From Candidatus Hydrogenedentota bacterium (GTDB taxonomy: Bacteria > Hydrogenedentota > Hydrogenedentia > Hydrogenedentales > Hydrogenedentaceae), in the NCBI GenBank assembly GCA_026415215.1, contig JAOAHN010000122.1:11954-75953 (forward strand): a stretch of DNA of 64,000 bases, written 5' to 3'. Made by a program: the position numbers and the translations under genes. This document shows, piece after piece, positions 62,614-64,000 of the stretch; the stretch's first letter is position 1; every line of letters begins with the position of its first letter. Below the pieces are notes generated by a model that searched no databases, was not told where the DNA came from, and saw only the letters and a program-made list of their open reading frames with translations.

Positions 62614-63366
62614 ATGATTAGAACAGAAGGATTGACTAAGATATTTGGAGAAAAAGTTGCTGTTAAAAATCTGACAATGGAAATTCCACGGGGCACTTTC
62701 TTTTGTTTCCTCGGACCTAACGGGGCAGGAAAAACCACTACCATAAAGATGTTAACTGGCCTGATGCGTCCTACTAAGGGGAGGGCTTTCATAGGGGGAA
62801 TTGATATTCAAGAAAATCCTGTAGAAGCTAAAAAACTAATTGGTTTTGTTCCTGACCACCCATTCCTTTATGACAAACTCACGGGAAGAGAATTTTTGAA
62901 ATTCGTTGCTGGATTGTATCGCATCTCAGAGCCAGAATATAAGGAAAGGATGGAAGAGTTGATTCACTTATTTGAATTAACTCAGGTAATTGATGAGCTC
63001 ATAGAAGATTATAGCCATGGTATGAGACAAAAGCTCTCTTTTACTGCTTGCTTCCTTCATAAACCAGAGGTGGTAATTGTAGATGAACCGTGGGTCGGAC
63101 TTGATCCTAAAAATATCAGATTTGTCAAAAACTATCTCAAAGAAAAAACCCGTTCAGAAGAACTTACAGTATTTATGTCTACACATACTTTGGGAATTGC
63201 GGAAGAAATAGCAGATATCATAGGTATAATTCACAATGGAAGTCTTTGTGCTTTTGGCTCGGTAGAGCAAATCAAGGCATTATCGGATAAACCGGGAAAT
63301 TTGGAAGATGTATTTCTCGAACTCACTAAAGACACTGACGAAGTTTCTATGAGAGATGAGAAGTAA
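62614..63366 (+). CDS. ABC transporter ATP-binding protein
   Basis: GPNGAGKTT, YSHGMRQK, VDEP and STH. Start taken at ATG 62614. Confidence 0.93.
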   Translation: MIRTEGLTKIFGEKVAVKNLTMEIPRGTFFCFLGPNGAGKTTTIKMLTGLMRPTKGRAFIGGIDIQENPVEAKKLIGFVPDHPFLYDKLTGREFLKFVAGLYRISEPEYKERMEELIHLFELTQVIDELIEDYSHGMRQKLSFTACFLHKPEVVIVDEPWVGLDPKNIRFVKNYLKEKTRSEELTVFMSTHTLGIAEEIADIIGIIHNGSLCAFGSVEQIKALSDKPGNLEDVFLELTKDTDEVSMRDEK

Positions 63367-63371
63367 TAATT

Positions 63372-64000
63372 ATGAGCGAAGTCCTCGCCATACTATACGC
63401 TAAGAAAAATATATTAAAGCATCAGATTCTCAGTGTAAAGGATGAATCAAAGTTAAAGATATCAGTTATAACCATCTCCGCAATTGCGATTTGGCTGGGT
63501 ATTTTCTTTGGTTTGTATGAAGGATTTGAATGGCTCCTTAAGTTCGGTTCGCGGTCCGGTATTGAGGTTAATATAGGTGAACTACTTATGGCTCGAATGT
63601 TTACGCTACTTGTTAGTGCCGTGTTTTTGTTCCTAATATTTTCTAATGTACTTGTGGCTTTTTTTACGCTTTATAAGGCGGAGGAAGTTCAATACCTTCT
63701 TCACGCACCTATATCCTTTGATAAGTTTTTTTTGGTTCGCTTTTTAGAATGTGTAGTTTTTAGCTCTTGGTCTGTAGCATTTTTAGGGGTTCCACTTATT
63801 CTTGCCTATGGGTTTAGTATAAAGGCACCGGTTATTTTCTATATAACTGCCTTAGTATTCTTTCTCCCATTTATTTTGATACCTGCAAGTATCGGAAACC
63901 TAATAACAATGTTCTTGGTATTGATTTTCCCACGATTAAAATTGAGAACCATGGTTATAATTGGCATCATAGGCGTTGTATTTCTGTTCTGGTATGTTAG
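63372..64000 (+). CDS. ABC exporter permease (3' end outside window)
   Basis: Open hydrophobic frame MSEVLAILYAK... with EVQYLLHAPI, directly after the ATPase gene. Confidence 0.8.
   Translation, partial: MSEVLAILYAKKNILKHQILSVKDESKLKISVITISAIAIWLGIFFGLYEGFEWLLKFGSRSGIEVNIGELLMARMFTLLVSAVFLFLIFSNVLVAFFTLYKAEEVQYLLHAPISFDKFFLVRFLECVVFSSWSVAFLGVPLILAYGFSIKAPVIFYITALVFFLPFILIPASIGNLITMFLVLIFPRLKLRTMVIIGIIGVVFLFWYV

Overview
AT-rich, gene-dense bacterial chromosomal window with about 50 protein genes, 2 tRNA genes and 4 small ORFs below the ORF-track cutoff. I see no rRNA, CRISPR array, IS, integrase or phage genes. A DUF1559-type prepilin protein, an EG-repeat surface protein and many exported carbohydrate-active or FG-GAP proteins suggest Candidatus Hydrogenedentes or a relative (inference only). 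Housekeeping and metabolic genes include recF-dciA converging on gyrB-gyrA, rsgA, pdxA, Nudix-pncB-nadE, a PPi-type pfk and dprA. Accessory blocks are MoxR-DUF58-transglutaminase, hcp-Rrf2 divergent from a Tat-exported SOD, glycan utilisation genes, and a fliW-csrA operon leading three glycosyltransferases. The most unusual signals lie outside the ORF track: (1) two tandem paralogous 37-40 aa amphipathic peptides with their own promoter, (2) a tRNA-Leu with the rare AAG anticodon, (3) a 44-aa ORF with a class III (prepilin-like) signal pattern, and (4) a hairpin that hides an RBS unless an internal perfect sigma70 promoter is used. A membrane PAS sensor also lacks both the phospho-His and the ATPase domain. 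All calls come from reading motifs by eye; no database search was run.
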